Positions 1 to 19,000 of a stretch of 64,000 nucleotides of DNA are shown here, one piece after another; within the stretch, counting starts at the first letter, position 1; every line of letters begins with the position of its first letter. A program made the translations under genes and the position numbers. The notes under the pieces were generated by a model, which saw only the letters and a program-made list of their open reading frames with translations, was not told the origin of the DNA and did not search any database. The stretch comes from the human T2T-CHM13v2.0 reference genome, Homo sapiens. The stretch lies in the NCBI RefSeq assembly GCF_009914755.1, contig NC_060926.1; one strand, 5' to 3'.

Positions 1-254
1 ATAAGCAGCAGCTTCGTGCTAATGTTTTATCCTTTGCAAAACACTTTCGCAGCCTCCATCTACCCTTCCAACAATTCAGTGAGGTAGGCAGGGAAGGACT
101 GTTAGGCCCTGACAATGTAGTCAAAGATGTATGGACAGAAGCAGGTGACAAAACCCAGGTCTCCTGACTCCTGAGCACCCTGTTTCCACTACATGGGAAA
201 CACAAGGACAGCTTCAGGGCTGTATCACAGAGATTAGGAACATCTGCAGTTTAC

Positions 255-349
255 CTTAAAACCAATTCTTGGAGCAGGCGTCCATGTGATCACAATGGTG
301 GTCTCAGTCACCTCGGTGTTGTAAGGTGGAATAGAGCTCCCAGGCTGCA
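255..349 (-). CDS. FN1: FN1 exon 21, first half of FnIII module 6
   Basis: CAG|TGCAGCCT...TTTTAAG|GTAAAC; 95 nt; [31 protein letters not shown]. The gene continues beyond the window start. Confidence 0.97.
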
Positions 350-504
350 CTGTGAGAGAGAATCAATGCACATATTCAAAACTCAAACTCACAGATGATT
401 GCATAGCATATAGATAACAAGTATTTTTATGGAGAACCTCAGTTTAACCAAGCAGTGGATAGAGGATGTAACATATTTTTTCATTGGGTGAGAATTGGGA
501 GAGG

Positions 505-665
505 ATCAGGCTTCTCAATCTTTAATGTGCCACACACATCATCTGGGGTCTGGCTAAAATGCAGATTCTGTTTCTGGAGGTCCAACAAAAAACTAGGGAG
601 TTTGCATTTCTGACAAACACAGATAATACCAATTCTGCTGGCCCGTGAATGATACCTGAGTAACA
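505..665. mobile_element. MER5-like hAT-Charlie DNA transposon remnant
   Basis: Motifs TAAAATGCAGATTCT and TTTGCATTTCT...AAAC typical of MER5A; recognised by eye. Confidence 0.55.
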
Positions 666-872
666 AGGGGTTAGATGTTTGCTAAGGTGGTCCTTTCATT
701 GAAATTATATAATCTAATTCATGTCTTTTTATGATTGTTGGGATTTGACTTTGATGACAATAAATTTCCCTATATCGTCAGTGTAAAATCCCTTATAAAA
801 TGTAAAACTGGCCACCACAAACTGATTATCATATTGTTTCTTAACCATTAATTTAAGAACAATGGTAAATTA

Positions 873-1263
<391 letters not shown>

Positions 1264-1463
1264 CTATATAAAAGTTAAACAAAATCTGCCACCATGGATG
1301 CACTTTGAAGTCTAAAGATTTGTACTTTAAATACGTGATTATTCTTTCAGAATAATACTGCAAAAATTTAGTATTTCATCACCAGAATCAGGAATTATAA
1401 CAAATTTATTTTGCATTTTCTAGCATCCTGACATCACTGTTATTTTTCTTATTGAAAATATTA

Positions 1464-1785
<322 letters not shown>

Positions 1786-1798
1786 AAATTTTACTTAA

Positions 1799-2422
<624 letters not shown>

Positions 2423-5329
2423 TAGAGATTTCCAACAACCTTGCAAATCTTATTATAAATGTAGAAAGGTAAGATCGCAGAAGGCCAGATATTTTGAGTT
2501 GGGTAAGTTTAAGTTCAAGGGTATCAAGTGTGTTCATAGCTCTGGTCACATGTTTGACATCTCCACAATTCTTCCTCTCTTTACATCTCAATCAAATTTT
2601 GTTCCCATTGGGAAAAAACCTCTGAATGCATTTATACTAAATTATGAATGGCTGGCAAGACAAAGAATTAGTCTCCAGAGTTATACAAACAGGGATTAAA
2701 AAGTGTTCAGACTCCAGTCTCAACTCAACTCCAGTCAATTTTTTTTTCTTTGCCATGTGGGAATTTAGAATCAACATCGCAATTCTCGCATTTTTTTTTC
2801 AGTCTGGATTCTAAGGAGCCATTTTTTATTTTTATTTTAAAAATATTGTGTGAGAAAAAGCCAAATATATGTGTGGGCCACTTCATAATGATAGCTCTAA
2901 TGGCTGAATTGAGGTACTACTGGTTTAGTGGGCTGTTTCATCTATGTATGTTATTATTTTGATGGTGTTTGGTGGGGGGTGGGGGGACATGACTGGGATG
3001 GGTGACCCGATGCCTTTTAGTACCTCTGAAATTATACACCACTTGACTGCTGGTGACTGTGCCAAAATGCCATGGCCAGCCCTGTGTGACCATTTTTAAT
3101 GGCCCACAAAAAACAATTCAGAGAACAGTCAGTTTCTTTCACTGAACATCTGTGAAAACCACAACTTTTTTTACAAATTATATTCGCCTCAACTGTCCTG
3201 GGCTTTAAGACTAGGTATTTTCTATTGCTTGAGCCAGCCACCTAGAGTCTTCCCAAGTTTAAGATGATGCTCTCTGCCTGGGAAGGCCATTATGGGAAAA
3301 TCACCAAACCACAAACCCACAAACGATGTCAAACAAAGGATGTGATTCTAAGTGTGAGCTATGGGTTCTGGCAGGTCTTGTTAGGGAAGAACAGCCCAGC
3401 TGTTAAAGAAATAAAATTTGCCCTATCAATATAAGACTAAGCTGAATTTTCCCCAGAAACAGCTTTTTCCCCTAACTTTTCTCACATTTGCTCTTAAGAA
3501 TTTAGCACAAGTTATAAAACTCAGAAAAGTTACTCCCAGAATTCAGCTTAGTAAGATAGTAAAAAACTACAGAAATTTAGTAATTTCAAAAACATGCAAG
3601 CCTTGTGGATGTTTACAGCCTTAGGGAGTGCTTAAAGTTCAAATGGAGTTGTAGAATACCCTGCTTACATTAGTTTATTTAAATATAAGCTTCATTTAGC
3701 TGTTTTTATTATTATTCCTTTCTCAATTATCTATTCACCAAATAGTTTTTGAAAGCATACAATGTTCCAGACACTATGTTAACCTTTATCTAATAAAATT
3801 AGTTTTGGCTATCAGTACTTCAGTTAAAATCATTATATTTTATATGAATGTATTATGCAAAGCATAAAATAATATATCCAATATATCAGTCTTCAGAAGT
3901 ACTTGAAATATCTTGGCCCACCACCTTCCCTTAATTATTGTTAGCATCATTAAAAATGCTTTTTCTTTTATAAGCACTGTGTTCAACAAAAGAAACTACA
4001 TAAAATATGTCTCATGTTAAGGAATGAACAAGACAACTATAGAATTCTACATTTTAGTAAAAGACGACATCTACTGAAAGGGCGCATTCACTGAAATCTC
4101 CATTCTAATTCACTGAAGGACATTTATAAGAAATGAATATTTACAAGAAATATAAAGACATTAATTTCATGAGAGTAGATCTTAGACTATCTTAGAACCG
4201 TGTAAAATTTTAGCCAAATTTTCAAGTAAGCTTATTTGCAAATTAAAAGTGAATTTTACTTGCTTACGATTAACTATTATTTAGGAAAAAGCCTTCATGA
4301 GCCAAACTTCATACAGTAAATTTAAATGGAAGTAAGTTTTTCTTAAAGTATGAATTCTTATGGGGAAAAGTTTGTATTTTCTTTGGGAAATCAATTCCAT
4401 AGTTATTTACAAACTAGGCTTGTATGGACTTTTTGAATGCTTTTTAACATCCATACTTTTAAATTAGTCGAAGAGTAACATTTGTTGAAAGCTCTTAGAA
4501 AATTGCAAACTAGTCCATGGTTAGAATATATGCTGAAAAAGTACTTATGTTAGGTGCTTCTATAATTCAAAATGTCGAGTTGAAAATAACAAATGATGTT
4601 CAGCTAGAAATAAGGAGTCTCATAATTCTCTGTAATGTAAATGGAAATGTATTTAATAGGAATCGGTTTGTGAATAGAGGTTGTTATTGTGATGTAGATA
4701 TGTGGGAGATTTAAGACCACTTCCTTTAAAATGTTGAGCAAAAGGATAGACATGACCAAAAATTATTGTTAGTATTTTTCTCCTCTGAGGAATTTCAAGA
4801 GTAATTTAAGAAAAGAGCGATTCCGTCTGCAAAAGTACTTTAATCTTCTGCAGCCAACACTCATAAAGAAATCATTTCCTTGGCTTCATGTTCAATTAGT
4901 TGGTTCCCATTCAATCCATAGATATTTTTATTCTGCATTTATAGTTACTATTCAATGCCCAAAGTAATAGAATGTAGACATAGGTGCTAATTTTTTCTTG
5001 CGTTAACTAGTGTTTGGTAAATTCATTTAATGTAATCGAATTTAATTTTTCTAATAACAGACTGCTTTAAACCCATGTTACTCAAAGTGCTGGCCCTAGA
5101 GGAAAGAGCGAGCTTGGCAATGTGTGCAAATTAACACACTGCTTCCTTCATCAAGAAAATCTGGCTTCAGAAAAATTCTCAGCTGTACTAAGCAGTGTGC
5201 TTTGTGATTTACGTTCTGGCACAACCGTTTTTCTTGTTGCAGACTAGCAGCAAACAATTAACGGGCCAGCAGCCAGTCTATGGAGCACATTTTTAGTATC
5301 ACTGATTTAAATTATGTACTAATTTTTTA

Positions 5330-5743
<414 letters not shown>

Positions 5744-6445
5744 TCAAGTCCTGAAACTTGATTGAATGTCTAAGTTTTCTCTCCTCAAGGTTGTAACTAT
5801 GTGAAAGTCAAAACCCTGGAAAAACTGAGCCAGTAAGAGATTGAGTGCTACACAAAACTTTGCCAAAACTCTGCCAGTCATGAGAAATTGTGGAACCATT
5901 TTGCTTGACTGTGATCCTTTGGGAAGTCTAATTTTCCAGCAAGACTTTCGCATCAGTCTCAGAAATTATAGTTACATTAAAGCAATGGTATTTTTAAAAA
6001 GGCAAAACAAACACTTCTGAAGTTCACAGTTAGCTCTGAGCCAAACAGATTAAGGAAAAAGGGATATGCCTCCTAAAATGACAGCAAGAAGAAGCTCTCT
6101 ATGGGTCAAAAGCAATATTCTGTGAATAGCCCTTTGCTAGAGAAATAAAAGTTATTTTCACATGGTTCAGATTAGACAGTAATTACAGTAATGATAACGT
6201 ATCCTCAGATTCATGGTAGGATACTGGTGAGTTTGCACTATCAGAATCACATAAGTTGTGGAGTTTATTCTTGAGAATAATAACCAGCAGTTTTCCCACC
6301 GAAATTTAAATTACCTTTCAAATAGAGGAAATCTTTAAGAGGCAGTCGAGTATAATAATTGAGAGCATGGGCTTCGGACATAGGTTATAGAGCCAGCTCT
6401 ATCCCTTCCTATCTCTGTGACCCTACAAGTTGCAGAACTTTTTTA

Positions 6446-6928
<483 letters not shown>

Positions 6929-7199
6929 CTACTCTAAGTGTTATGATCCTGCATTTTAACTTTGATCTAGATATATTTAGTTACACGAAAAATGCACTCA
7001 AATTAGATTCTCTTCAGTTCTCCCCTCTTAGTACCCTTCAGCTGGTACATGTATTTTAGAAATGGGTTACCACTTAGCATCCATGGAGCTTGTCTGAGTT
7101 TTGTTTTCAAGTTTAATGTGCTTTGTGTTCACTATGCATTCCCTTGCCGGCTGGGTATTTCCCTCTCTCTAAGCCATACACCTCTGAGTGAATGGTTTA

Positions 7200-7565
<366 letters not shown>

Positions 7566-8109
7566 TCATTCACATTCTCTGCTGAAGATTACTTTTAAGA
7601 AGCCAGTTTCTTGGATATGTTAGGCAGTTCATTGAGCCTCTCATTCGAGAGTTTTGCTAAGTTTTGTCTCTTAATCAGATCACATTTTCATGGTCCAGTC
7701 ATAGTGCTTAAATTATGACATTTGAACCTTTTATCTAAAATAGGTAATAAGTGAGTTACCAGCATATGAAGTGTCATATGGTGGTGGGGGGAGAGGGTTA
7801 TAAGAAAAGATACTAAAAAATTTTTTAGAAAAAGCCTTTGAAATAACTGCAGAAAATAATGTAACAGTTTTTGTTTTACTGAATCATTTTATAATACTTA
7901 AGAATCAAAAATGAAATGACCCTTAAGCTTCTAGGGGAAAATTTGTAGATGGACGTTATGGTGTCAGTTTTTAATCAGAAAGGCCAGTAGCCAGCTTTGA
8001 TAAGTTACTTATGACATTTCAGCTAAATATCAGAAGTTTAGGGAAAAACTAATATATAAGATTTCTTGAATGAGAGGACTGTTGACAGAGACAAAACAAC
8101 CCTCCTTCA

Positions 8110-8406
<297 letters not shown>

Positions 8407-8986
8407 TTAGAAACACCATAAATCCTCCCTTTTCTAATATCCCTTAGCATCTTGCTTGATTAGTGAAGAGCCAGTGATACTTTTTGACTCTTTGAATATT
8501 GCCACTTCTTCTAATAATGACTATTCAGCACGAAGATAAAATAAGAACAGTCATGCGAACCTTTTTAATAATAAATGTCATCCTTGAAGACCTGACATCC
8601 TTAATAAATGTCAATTAGAGATGCCATTAGGTGAAAATATTCATGTTAAGCTGATTTTTCCTCTTTGAGCTCCAGACGAGGGAAGCAATTAATGAACCAG
8701 CCTAAGCAGAGTTGTCTAGCACTGTGTGTGTCTTTTTGGAACTTCAGTGATGAGGCAGTTGAATCACCTAATGAGCTAAGACGACAGCTCAGCTTTCTCC
8801 TTAAGGATAAATCTTAGAGCAACATTTTCAGGAAATTACACCTCTTCAACCCTGGGAACACTTGCTTTAATAAGCCAATGAGCTGGCTTTACAGGTTGTG
8901 TGTATGTTGTGGTGTGTGTGTATAAGGGAGTTGGTGAAATGGTTTCAAGGGGAAATGTGCCATAGAAAATAACTCCCCCACCCCGC

Positions 8987-9009
8987 CACACACACACACA
9001 CACACACAC
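8987..9009. repeat. (CA)n microsatellite, intron 17
   Basis: About 11 CA units. Confidence 0.95.
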
Positions 9010-9137
9010 AAACCCCTCTCCCATAAATTATATTGGAGATTTAAAGTGATATGCAGGTCCGCAGTCAGAATCTGCGCCCTCCCTGCTGATGTCATTAAGA
9101 TTAACATAGCAGCCAAAGAGGGGGAGGCTTAGCTGAC

Positions 9138-9227
9138 CTGTGATGGGAGCCTGGGGTCTGCTCCAGCGAACAACAATTGAGGTGTCATCAACTTGGTCCA
9201 CAGTCGGGTCAGGAGGGGCATCAGGCG
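9138..9227 (-). CDS. FN1: FN1 exon 17, first half of FnIII module 3
   Basis: TAG|CGCCTGAT...ATCACAG|GTCAGC; 90 nt; [29 protein letters not shown]. Confidence 0.98.
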
Positions 9228-9259
9228 CTAAGAAAGAAAGAAAGTGGGGCAAACAGTCA

Positions 9260-9484
<225 letters not shown>

Positions 9485-9588
9485 TCAGAGCAAACTAGTC
9501 CCTCAAATGACTCTACAGCTTATAAGAAGGATATTTTAAGAATTATATATTCATAGGGAAAAGCGACTAGAAGGTAATGTGCTAATAG

Positions 9589-9912
<324 letters not shown>

Positions 9913-10485
9913 TAATGTACTATGGGAAAACACCACTTCTTGTCTTTCTCCTTTCTCCTCCTCCTCCTTCTTCCTTTCATTTTTCCAACTTTTTTTCTAA
10001 AGACGTATAATTTTTGTAATCGAATGCCAAATTTTTAAAAATAGCTCTCTGCAGTAAGAGTCAGGGTAGTGATTATTGGCGGAAGATGATGGGGTGAGGG
10101 TAGAGAGATATTCTTTTTCTTGATCTGGGTGCTGGTCTTGTGGTGTGTTCACTTTATAAGAATTCAAATTCACTGAACTCAGTGCTTACGATGGCACACA
10201 CTTCAGTGCGCCAATGAAGTTTTTTAAAGGCCCCTCACCATAACAATTTGAAAAGTATGAGTGACCGTACTGTGCTCACATTGTCAGCTGCAGTCCTGGT
10301 AATTACTTCCACCAAGAACACAGCTTTTGCTGTAGGAACTTGTGCACAGGTAGGCGCATGATGCAGCTGGCATCAGGGACCAGGAACATGTGACAGTGGC
10401 TTGGGAAAAACCCGGCCACTTCTTAGAAAGAGTCAGTCCTTCCCTTCCTCATGCCAGAGGGTGGTTTGTTCAGTCTGAGCTGTCA

Positions 10486-10794
<309 letters not shown>

Positions 10795-10904
10795 TCAGCC
10801 TTCAGTCATCTAGAAAATTTACCGTCCTCGTCGCCAACATCATTTTAAAAAACGTTGGTGCCCCTCCTGGAAGAATATGAATTGAGAAGGAAAGCATTGC
10901 CTCA

Positions 10905-11186
<282 letters not shown>

Positions 11187-11537
11187 TTACAAGGATGAAC
11201 ATTTGAAGATGATGTTCAGTAATCTTCAAAGAAAAATGACTTAAGCAGGACTTAGGCAGCTCCATTCTAGAGGAAAATCATGGAAAACTGGATTCCCAAT
11301 GGTTATATCGTTAGATATAGTTAGATATAATGCTAACTATTGTTAACATCAACAAACTGCTGCAGTTTACTTACTGATACCCATACTCTGTGCTGTTTAC
11401 CTACATTCTCCCATTTAGTCTCCATATCCTTCTGATGATAAGGCAATGGCATTGTTGCTCCCGTTTTACAGACGGAAAAACAGAGTGATATGTGATATGC
11501 CCGGGGTGACATAGTTGCAGACACTGGGCACCTTCAC

Positions 11538-11837
<300 letters not shown>

Positions 11838-12633
11838 CACCTTCACTTTTACCAAGTTAATTGTGTTATATCAGTAACATAATATGATGAACCTAAGCTT
11901 TGCCTCTCTCACTTATTTTTTATTCCTACCACAAACAGATATATTCCTCTCTGAAGTACAGAAATGCCAATGCCATATATTTTATCTTTTAACTCAGTGG
12001 GATACAATTCAAGTTTCTTGTCCTGAAAAAACAAAGGCAGAATGTTGCTTTGTGACTCATCATATACCAGGTTCAACGAGTCTGGTTTTGTGACTCATTC
12101 TTGGATATGAGCTACCCCATCAGAAGTGGTTACCCAATTTTGGACAAGACTACAGAAAAAATGCAATTTTGGTTTATTTAATCTTTTGCTTCCAGTTTAT
12201 ATTTCACATCCTGTTCAGCTTCATTAATATGCCATGGGTCACAAAACTCAGTGCAATAAAATGTGTATGAAAGAAACACCCTTCAGAAAAGATGAGACTC
12301 TTTCAAGTGTAAATACTCTAAACTAATATAAGTCAAAATATATTTTTTGTGCCCAGTGATTTTTAAAAATTACCCAGTCAACCATTTCCTCAATAATTCA
12401 AATACTCAAGTGTCCATTTATATTTTTGGAATAAGCGAGAGTGATCGTAGTACTCTTCACAGTGAAATTTTAACTCAAATACACTGTGGAAAATTTTGAA
12501 ACCAGTCATTGCAATTAGCTCAAATTTAGTAATCATTTTTCAACATGAGCTTGTTTGGTTAGTTATTACAAGAAAATAACAGAAAATAAAGTCTCAGGTG
12601 GCATCCATTAGAAAAAACCCTGAATTTTTGTAA

Positions 12634-12996
<363 letters not shown>

Positions 12997-13461
12997 CAAA
13001 GTACATTTTATACCACTTTTAAGTCTCCCATTGCAATGGTCTCACATAATACTTTGGATATCCTTAATTTTAAAGTAAATAAAATTAATGATGTAATAAG
13101 AAGATGAGAGACTAGAAGATATTGGATGCACTGATGCTGTTGATTTCGATCACTGGACATCAAGTTCTGCAAATGGCCAGATTATGGACATAGGGTGAAA
13201 GAAGAAAAAGAATGACTTTTCTTTTTTTTTTTTTCATTCACCATTTGTTAAGCAGTGTGCCAGGTGCTGAAGCATTCTAGACTCTACGGAGACTACATTG
13301 AGCCAATGAGAAAGACACGATTCCCCTCTTTAAGGGAATCTGTTTCCATTTTCTATTATTCTGGTCTTGCCTCCATGTAGACAACATGCTTACACCTCTA
13401 TTTGTTTCATTTGTCAACAATAAGTCATATTTACAGAGTCTTTAATATGAGACTTGATGAT

Positions 13462-13652
13462 TTATTTATATATTTATTTATGTTGACACAGGGTCTTTCT
13501 CTGTCTCCCAGGCTGGAGTGCAGTAGTGCCATCTTGGCTCACTGCAACTTCCGCCTCTCAAGCTCAAGCGATCCTTCCGCCTCAGCCTCCCAAGTAGCTG
13601 GGACTACAGGTGCATGCTACCATGCCCGGCTAATTTTTAGCCACTGTGCCCA
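13462..13652 (-). mobile_element. Truncated or internally deleted Alu
   Basis: Right arm joined directly to the terminal AGCCACTGTGCCCAG; most of the left arm is missing. Confidence 0.85.
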
Positions 13653-13788
13653 GACAAAGTTGAGGATTTAGCTCAATAATACCACCCTTTCCTTCCAGAA
13701 TCTTGGACATTCCCAGTGTCTGACATTTGTATCATTATATTTGTTCTTCTTGTGTTTATATTTGTAATTTAAAGTATTATATTAAGTA

Positions 13789-13823
<35 letters not shown>

Positions 13824-14163
13824 CATCAGCTTTTGGTACCATCTCTCAATTCTCTATTTTGAAAGATAAAGCTGTTATCTCCTCTCTTCTCCACCTTCCA
13901 TATCCACCATTTTTCATGTAAATGTTTACTTTTTATTTTGTCTTGAAGTTGCAACCAAGTTTCCATGACACATCTATAGACCGATCGCATCATGCATTAG
14001 AAATACATTCTTTTCAATGAGTCTAACATCATGACTGCTGGGTGGATCAAAGTTTCCAGAATCAAGGTTCAATGGAATTATTCCTCTTTGTTTTTATACC
14101 TTAATATTGCTGCATTTTAGTTTGCTTCGTATAGGAATTATTGCCTTATAATACACTTGGGGG

Positions 14164-14455
14164 TTTTTTGAAACAGAATCTCGCTCTGTTGCCCAGGCTA
14201 GGGTGCAATGGCGCGATCTTGGCTCAACTCCCTGCAACCTTTGCCTCCTGGGTTCAAGTGATTCTCCTACCTCAGCTCCTGAGGAGCTGGGACTACAGGC
14301 GTGCGCCCCCAAGCCTGGCTAATTTTTGTATTTTTAGTAGAGACGGGGTTTCGCCATGTTGGCCAAGCTGGTCTCGAACTCCTGACCTCAGGTAATCTGC
14401 CCGGCTTGGCCTCCCAAAGTGCTGGGATTACAGGTGTGAGCCACTCTACCCAGCC
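14164..14455 (-). mobile_element. Alu, intron 13, embedded in old L1-like sequence
   Basis: Full-length reverse Alu; flanks at ~13850-15000 resemble degenerate L1M. Confidence 0.93.
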
Positions 14456-15659
14456 ACATTTGGGTTTATTATACATTCCTCCACCTGATTGTCATGTTGT
14501 TATTTTAACTGCATTATTTGCCCCTGTGATTAATTATCCACAAGCCTACTTTTTCCATGAAGTCCCTTTTTATTCTTGGAGACCTCAATCCCTGATCCCT
14601 CAATCCCATCCTCATCTTTCTGTTCCATCTGTATTGGCTGTCCTCTAAGCCAGCTACGCAGTTGTTGCATTGCAAAGTTTTCCACCTCTATCAGGGGTCT
14701 GATTTGGAAGCACTGTTTGCTGGACCCCACAACTTCCTTCATATTTCACTCTTGTTTTTCTGGAGTGTATCTACAAATACCCTTAAAGAAAAGGATATAT
14801 GGAAGATAAACTGCCTAAAATCTGTCTGAAAATATTATTTTGCCCTCATATTTGATTGATAACCTGGCTGAGTATAGAAGACTTTAAAAGTTTCTTTTTA
14901 TCCTTGGAACTCTGACACATCAAAGATGCGTCTAGACGTGGTTCTTTCCACTAATTTTCTGGGCACCTAGGAGGCCCTTTTAAATCTGAAAAATTCTGTC
15001 CCTCCACTTTAGAAATTTAGAAAAAGAATAATTTTAACAGCTTAAATTTTTCCTGAAGAGTTTAAATTTAACCGCCTGGGTTGGTCAAATTTTGTTTGTT
15101 TGTTTCTTTGTAATTGTAGAATTCAATAGCTATGATTTAAAATGGACATTTTTTTCTCCTGTGTTTAAAACAGTGTTTCTCAAATTATGAGCCATGAACT
15201 TTGGAGTTAAACAGGGCAGGCTTGAGAGAGTAAGAGAAACTAAAGCTAAATTGACCAATATCCTCCTTATTTGGTTTCTTCAATTTCTAGTCACTTCTCA
15301 TTAGGAAATCACAGGGCTATTGTTTAAATAAAACCAACTTCCATCCTTTATCTAAACTTCCCTCCCATCATCTCTTTTCCTTCTATCTAAATAAATTCAG
15401 TGGGTCAAAAGTAAAGTTTTAAAAATGATCACTTAAAAAGTGAATCAAAAAAGAAATATATTAATTTGGCTTTTTTTTTCAAATTATGAAAATGATGCCA
15501 GTAATTTTCCTTTGATGAGGTTGCAAGACATATAAAAACCTTAGATTCTCTTCCCACATTGGGCAAGAACAATCTTAAGCATTATCATTTCTAAGTCCTT
15601 GCAAAAAAGATTTCTGTAACATAAAGAGCTAAATTCTTCCAAATACCAGCCCCCCCACC

Positions 15660-15719
15660 GCAAAAAAACAAAACCCAAAACCAAAACCAAAATCCCCTCA
15701 GTCTACAAGTCAATTTAAT
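15660..15719 (-). terminator. Intronic polyadenylation site for mature MSF mRNA (ATTAAA plus downstream GU/U-rich element)
   Basis: ATTAAA on the minus strand at 15719-15714. About 25 nt later comes GGGGATTTTGGTTTTGGTTTTGGGTTTTGTTTTTTTG. Cleavage would fall ~175 nt into the intron. Confidence 0.8.
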
Positions 15720-15840
15720 TGACCACATATTGTTTGTTCACTAAACAAATATAGTAAATGCTATAGGAATAGTTAATCAGAGTTGTTGGCTCAAAAGCTG
15801 GGAAAAAAAGAAACCATCAGAATTGATAAGATTAGGAGAC

Positions 15841-16020
<180 letters not shown>

Positions 16021-19000
16021 TTATCTTGAATATTCACTCACTTCAACTTAAAACTGTGTACATGGACAGTCATCATTATAAACAGCTTTGCTTGTCGTTA
16101 AATGTGAGTATAATAAAATTATCTGGCATTAATCTTTTAAATATTTACGTTGAAAATCAATGCAGCAAATCCATTTTTAGCCGATAATTATTATTCTTCA
16201 CATGAGAAATGCAAATCATAGTTGTTTATAGCAAATAAAATATATTTTTTAAAAAAAGTCTCTTGGCTTGCTTTTATTTTCTCTACTATCAAAGTAAGAA
16301 TTGTGAGAAAATTGTGAAACGATCCTACAAAAATAATGTAATACAGAACACAGACTTCATTTACTTATTGTATTGAGCCTCTTTTAAAGCAAATTCTAAT
16401 TTTGGAAGGTTTTCATCAAGAATGAATCTACTACCTAAGAAGGAAACAACATTCCAAAGGCCATATGAGATGATGTAAAACAAACACATTTCTAAATGGG
16501 GGTAGAATCTTAGACAAATAGCAAAGGTAATAATTAAAGACCTAGTTTTATTTCTCATCAGTCTAAGCAGTCTATCAGTTTGGAAAAAACATCAAGTTTT
16601 ATTTTTATTCAAGAAGTTTACTCCCAAATCACACCATTGATCCATCAAATTATTAAGTGATTAAATTTATTTTTTTTCCAAAATCAGTTGTCAACAGAAA
16701 TGACTTTATGAAGTGTATACTAAATTCAGTATTTCTACACCTTGATGTATATCACTGTTATCAACAAAATTTAAAGTATGGTTTTGGTTCTTTTGTTTAA
16801 AATAAAAGGAAAATAAGGGAAGTAGCATCAATTTCTAAGTAGTGTTAACTCCATTTAAGATAATAATGAAATAGCTAGAAAATTTACGCTTGCAGAACAG
16901 AAAACTATCTTTTCTTAAAACACTATCTTTATGATGTCAGTCAATGTTTAAATTACTAGAAATAAAAATTGTGTCTTATAGTAACCTTTTCAAGAATTTC
17001 TAACTGACACTCTGTCAAACAGAGCAAAATTTTGCATGTGTAATAAAGCACTTCACCAGATTATTAACAGATTTAAGTTTTCTGAAAGCTTCTAGGAAAA
17101 AAAATACATTGATTTTCAAACTTTATTATCTAAGCCATTAAATTCTCTTGGAAAACAAAGCTTTCTGTAGCAGAAAAAATATATAACTTGTATATCCATG
17201 TAGATTCAGAAATTCTAAAACAATATGCTCACTTCCACACCAGTAACAATTCAAAGTTGGTTGAAGATTAGCAAATACTTTGAATCTTAATTCCATTTAA
17301 TGCACATATTTCCAAGCCACATGAACACCAAAATTCATGCATAAAATTATGAGTTTTTCATTTTAAAGTTGTATGTATTTCACAGAACACACAGGATGTT
17401 TGTTTTAATCAATTGGCATAAGTCAATTCCATGCCCATCTTTGAATTACCCCTTCTGTTTATGAAGATCCTTACAAATGTAAACACATTTTTAAAGACAA
17501 CTATTCAAGAAAAATTTTGGAGATGTGACTATTTAACGTACTTCCATGTAAATCAGGAAAGCTAGGAATATCATGTCCTTAATTATTTATGATAATTGGC
17601 ATAGGGCTATTTAAATATTGATCCTTTAAATAAATCCTACTACAATTTCCTCCATAAAGAGACACCTGATATACATTTTATTTAGTCTTGTCAATCATGA
17701 TTTTGAGGGGGGACAAGCTTATGATGGTTAAATGTCTATTAAGTTTTGAAAAGATAACATAAATGACCTTTACTGTTCACCTCTAAGCCTAATCATATTT
17801 CTATGTCCACAAGGACACAAGGAGGAGGATAAAAATGGGCAGGGAAAGGAAAGAAAAAGGGTACAGCAGTGGTTTTTACTCAAGCCAAAGTGGAGTACAA
17901 CTACAGAGGTCCCTTTTGCTTTCATAAGATTTGGAGCACTGGTGTGAAATTCCACGTTTTAAAATCTAGCCCTGTGGCATAGCCCACCTTTAAAGGAAAT
18001 GGACTGAACAGCAATGGAATTTAGCATGTTTTTGTTCAGGAAGTAAAGAGACTTTGTGTCAGTTATTTCTTAGATCAATTAAATTCCTATATTCTAGCTT
18101 ATACTACGTATAATTACTCTAGCTTATACTATGTATCCTTTAAAGACAGAAAAGTTAAAAATTATGACATCTTTTACATTATTTAGATTTAAACTTTTGA
18201 CAGTCCTTTTTCGCTACTGGTAGTTGGTATAACTTTTTAAATTAACTTAATTGGCATATACTAGCTATCGCCATTGTGAAATCTTTACTCCCTCTCTTAT
18301 TCAATATGAATAAACTAACAATAAAATAGTTAAGATGATACCAAAAAAAGGAGATAGTACAATGTCTACACTTTTAAAATTAGTTTCAAATAAAGTCTAA
18401 ATGAATAATTTCCAATAGTAGTGTCCTTGGAGAAGTTAAACATTTATGATTTTTTGACTCAGTCCTTTTTTTCTCTATTTATTTTGCTGAGATCTGTGCT
18501 TTTCTAGTTGCTTATTGACAAACCAAATGCCTCTTATCTTTTGCTAGTTTGAACAACTCTACCAAGTTCTCTGTAGGAGGAACAAACAAGGCAGGACTCA
18601 GAGACAATCTGTTGGTAATCTGCTGTTCCCTTATTCTCACCACACTCTTAAAGCCCTACGTGCTAGGCCACGGAGCAAACCAGACATACAGATAAGCACC
18701 AAAGAGCATATCTGAGGTCAAATTCCAATCTCTTCCCTCCGAAATCACCTCTATGCTCAGTGGGATCTTGCTGTTCTCCTTTTTAAAGAGTAGGAGTAAG
18801 GTCAACATGTAATACTCCAATACTCAAGGATTCCTTCCTTTCCAGATTTTATCTCCAACATGTCCACCTAAATGCTTCCAGCAAGCAGCTATGTGGACAG
18901 CCTTATGTTGAGAGAGACGAAGATCTCTCTCAATCATTCAGAAGGAAATCATTTTCAGCAAATTGCAACACCAATAACAATCATAAATATAGAAAACACA

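Noticed and set aside
18093-18136. 19-bp tandem duplication TCTAGCTTATACTA(C/T)GTAT
   Set aside because: An ordinary slippage duplication deep in an intron with no associated signal.
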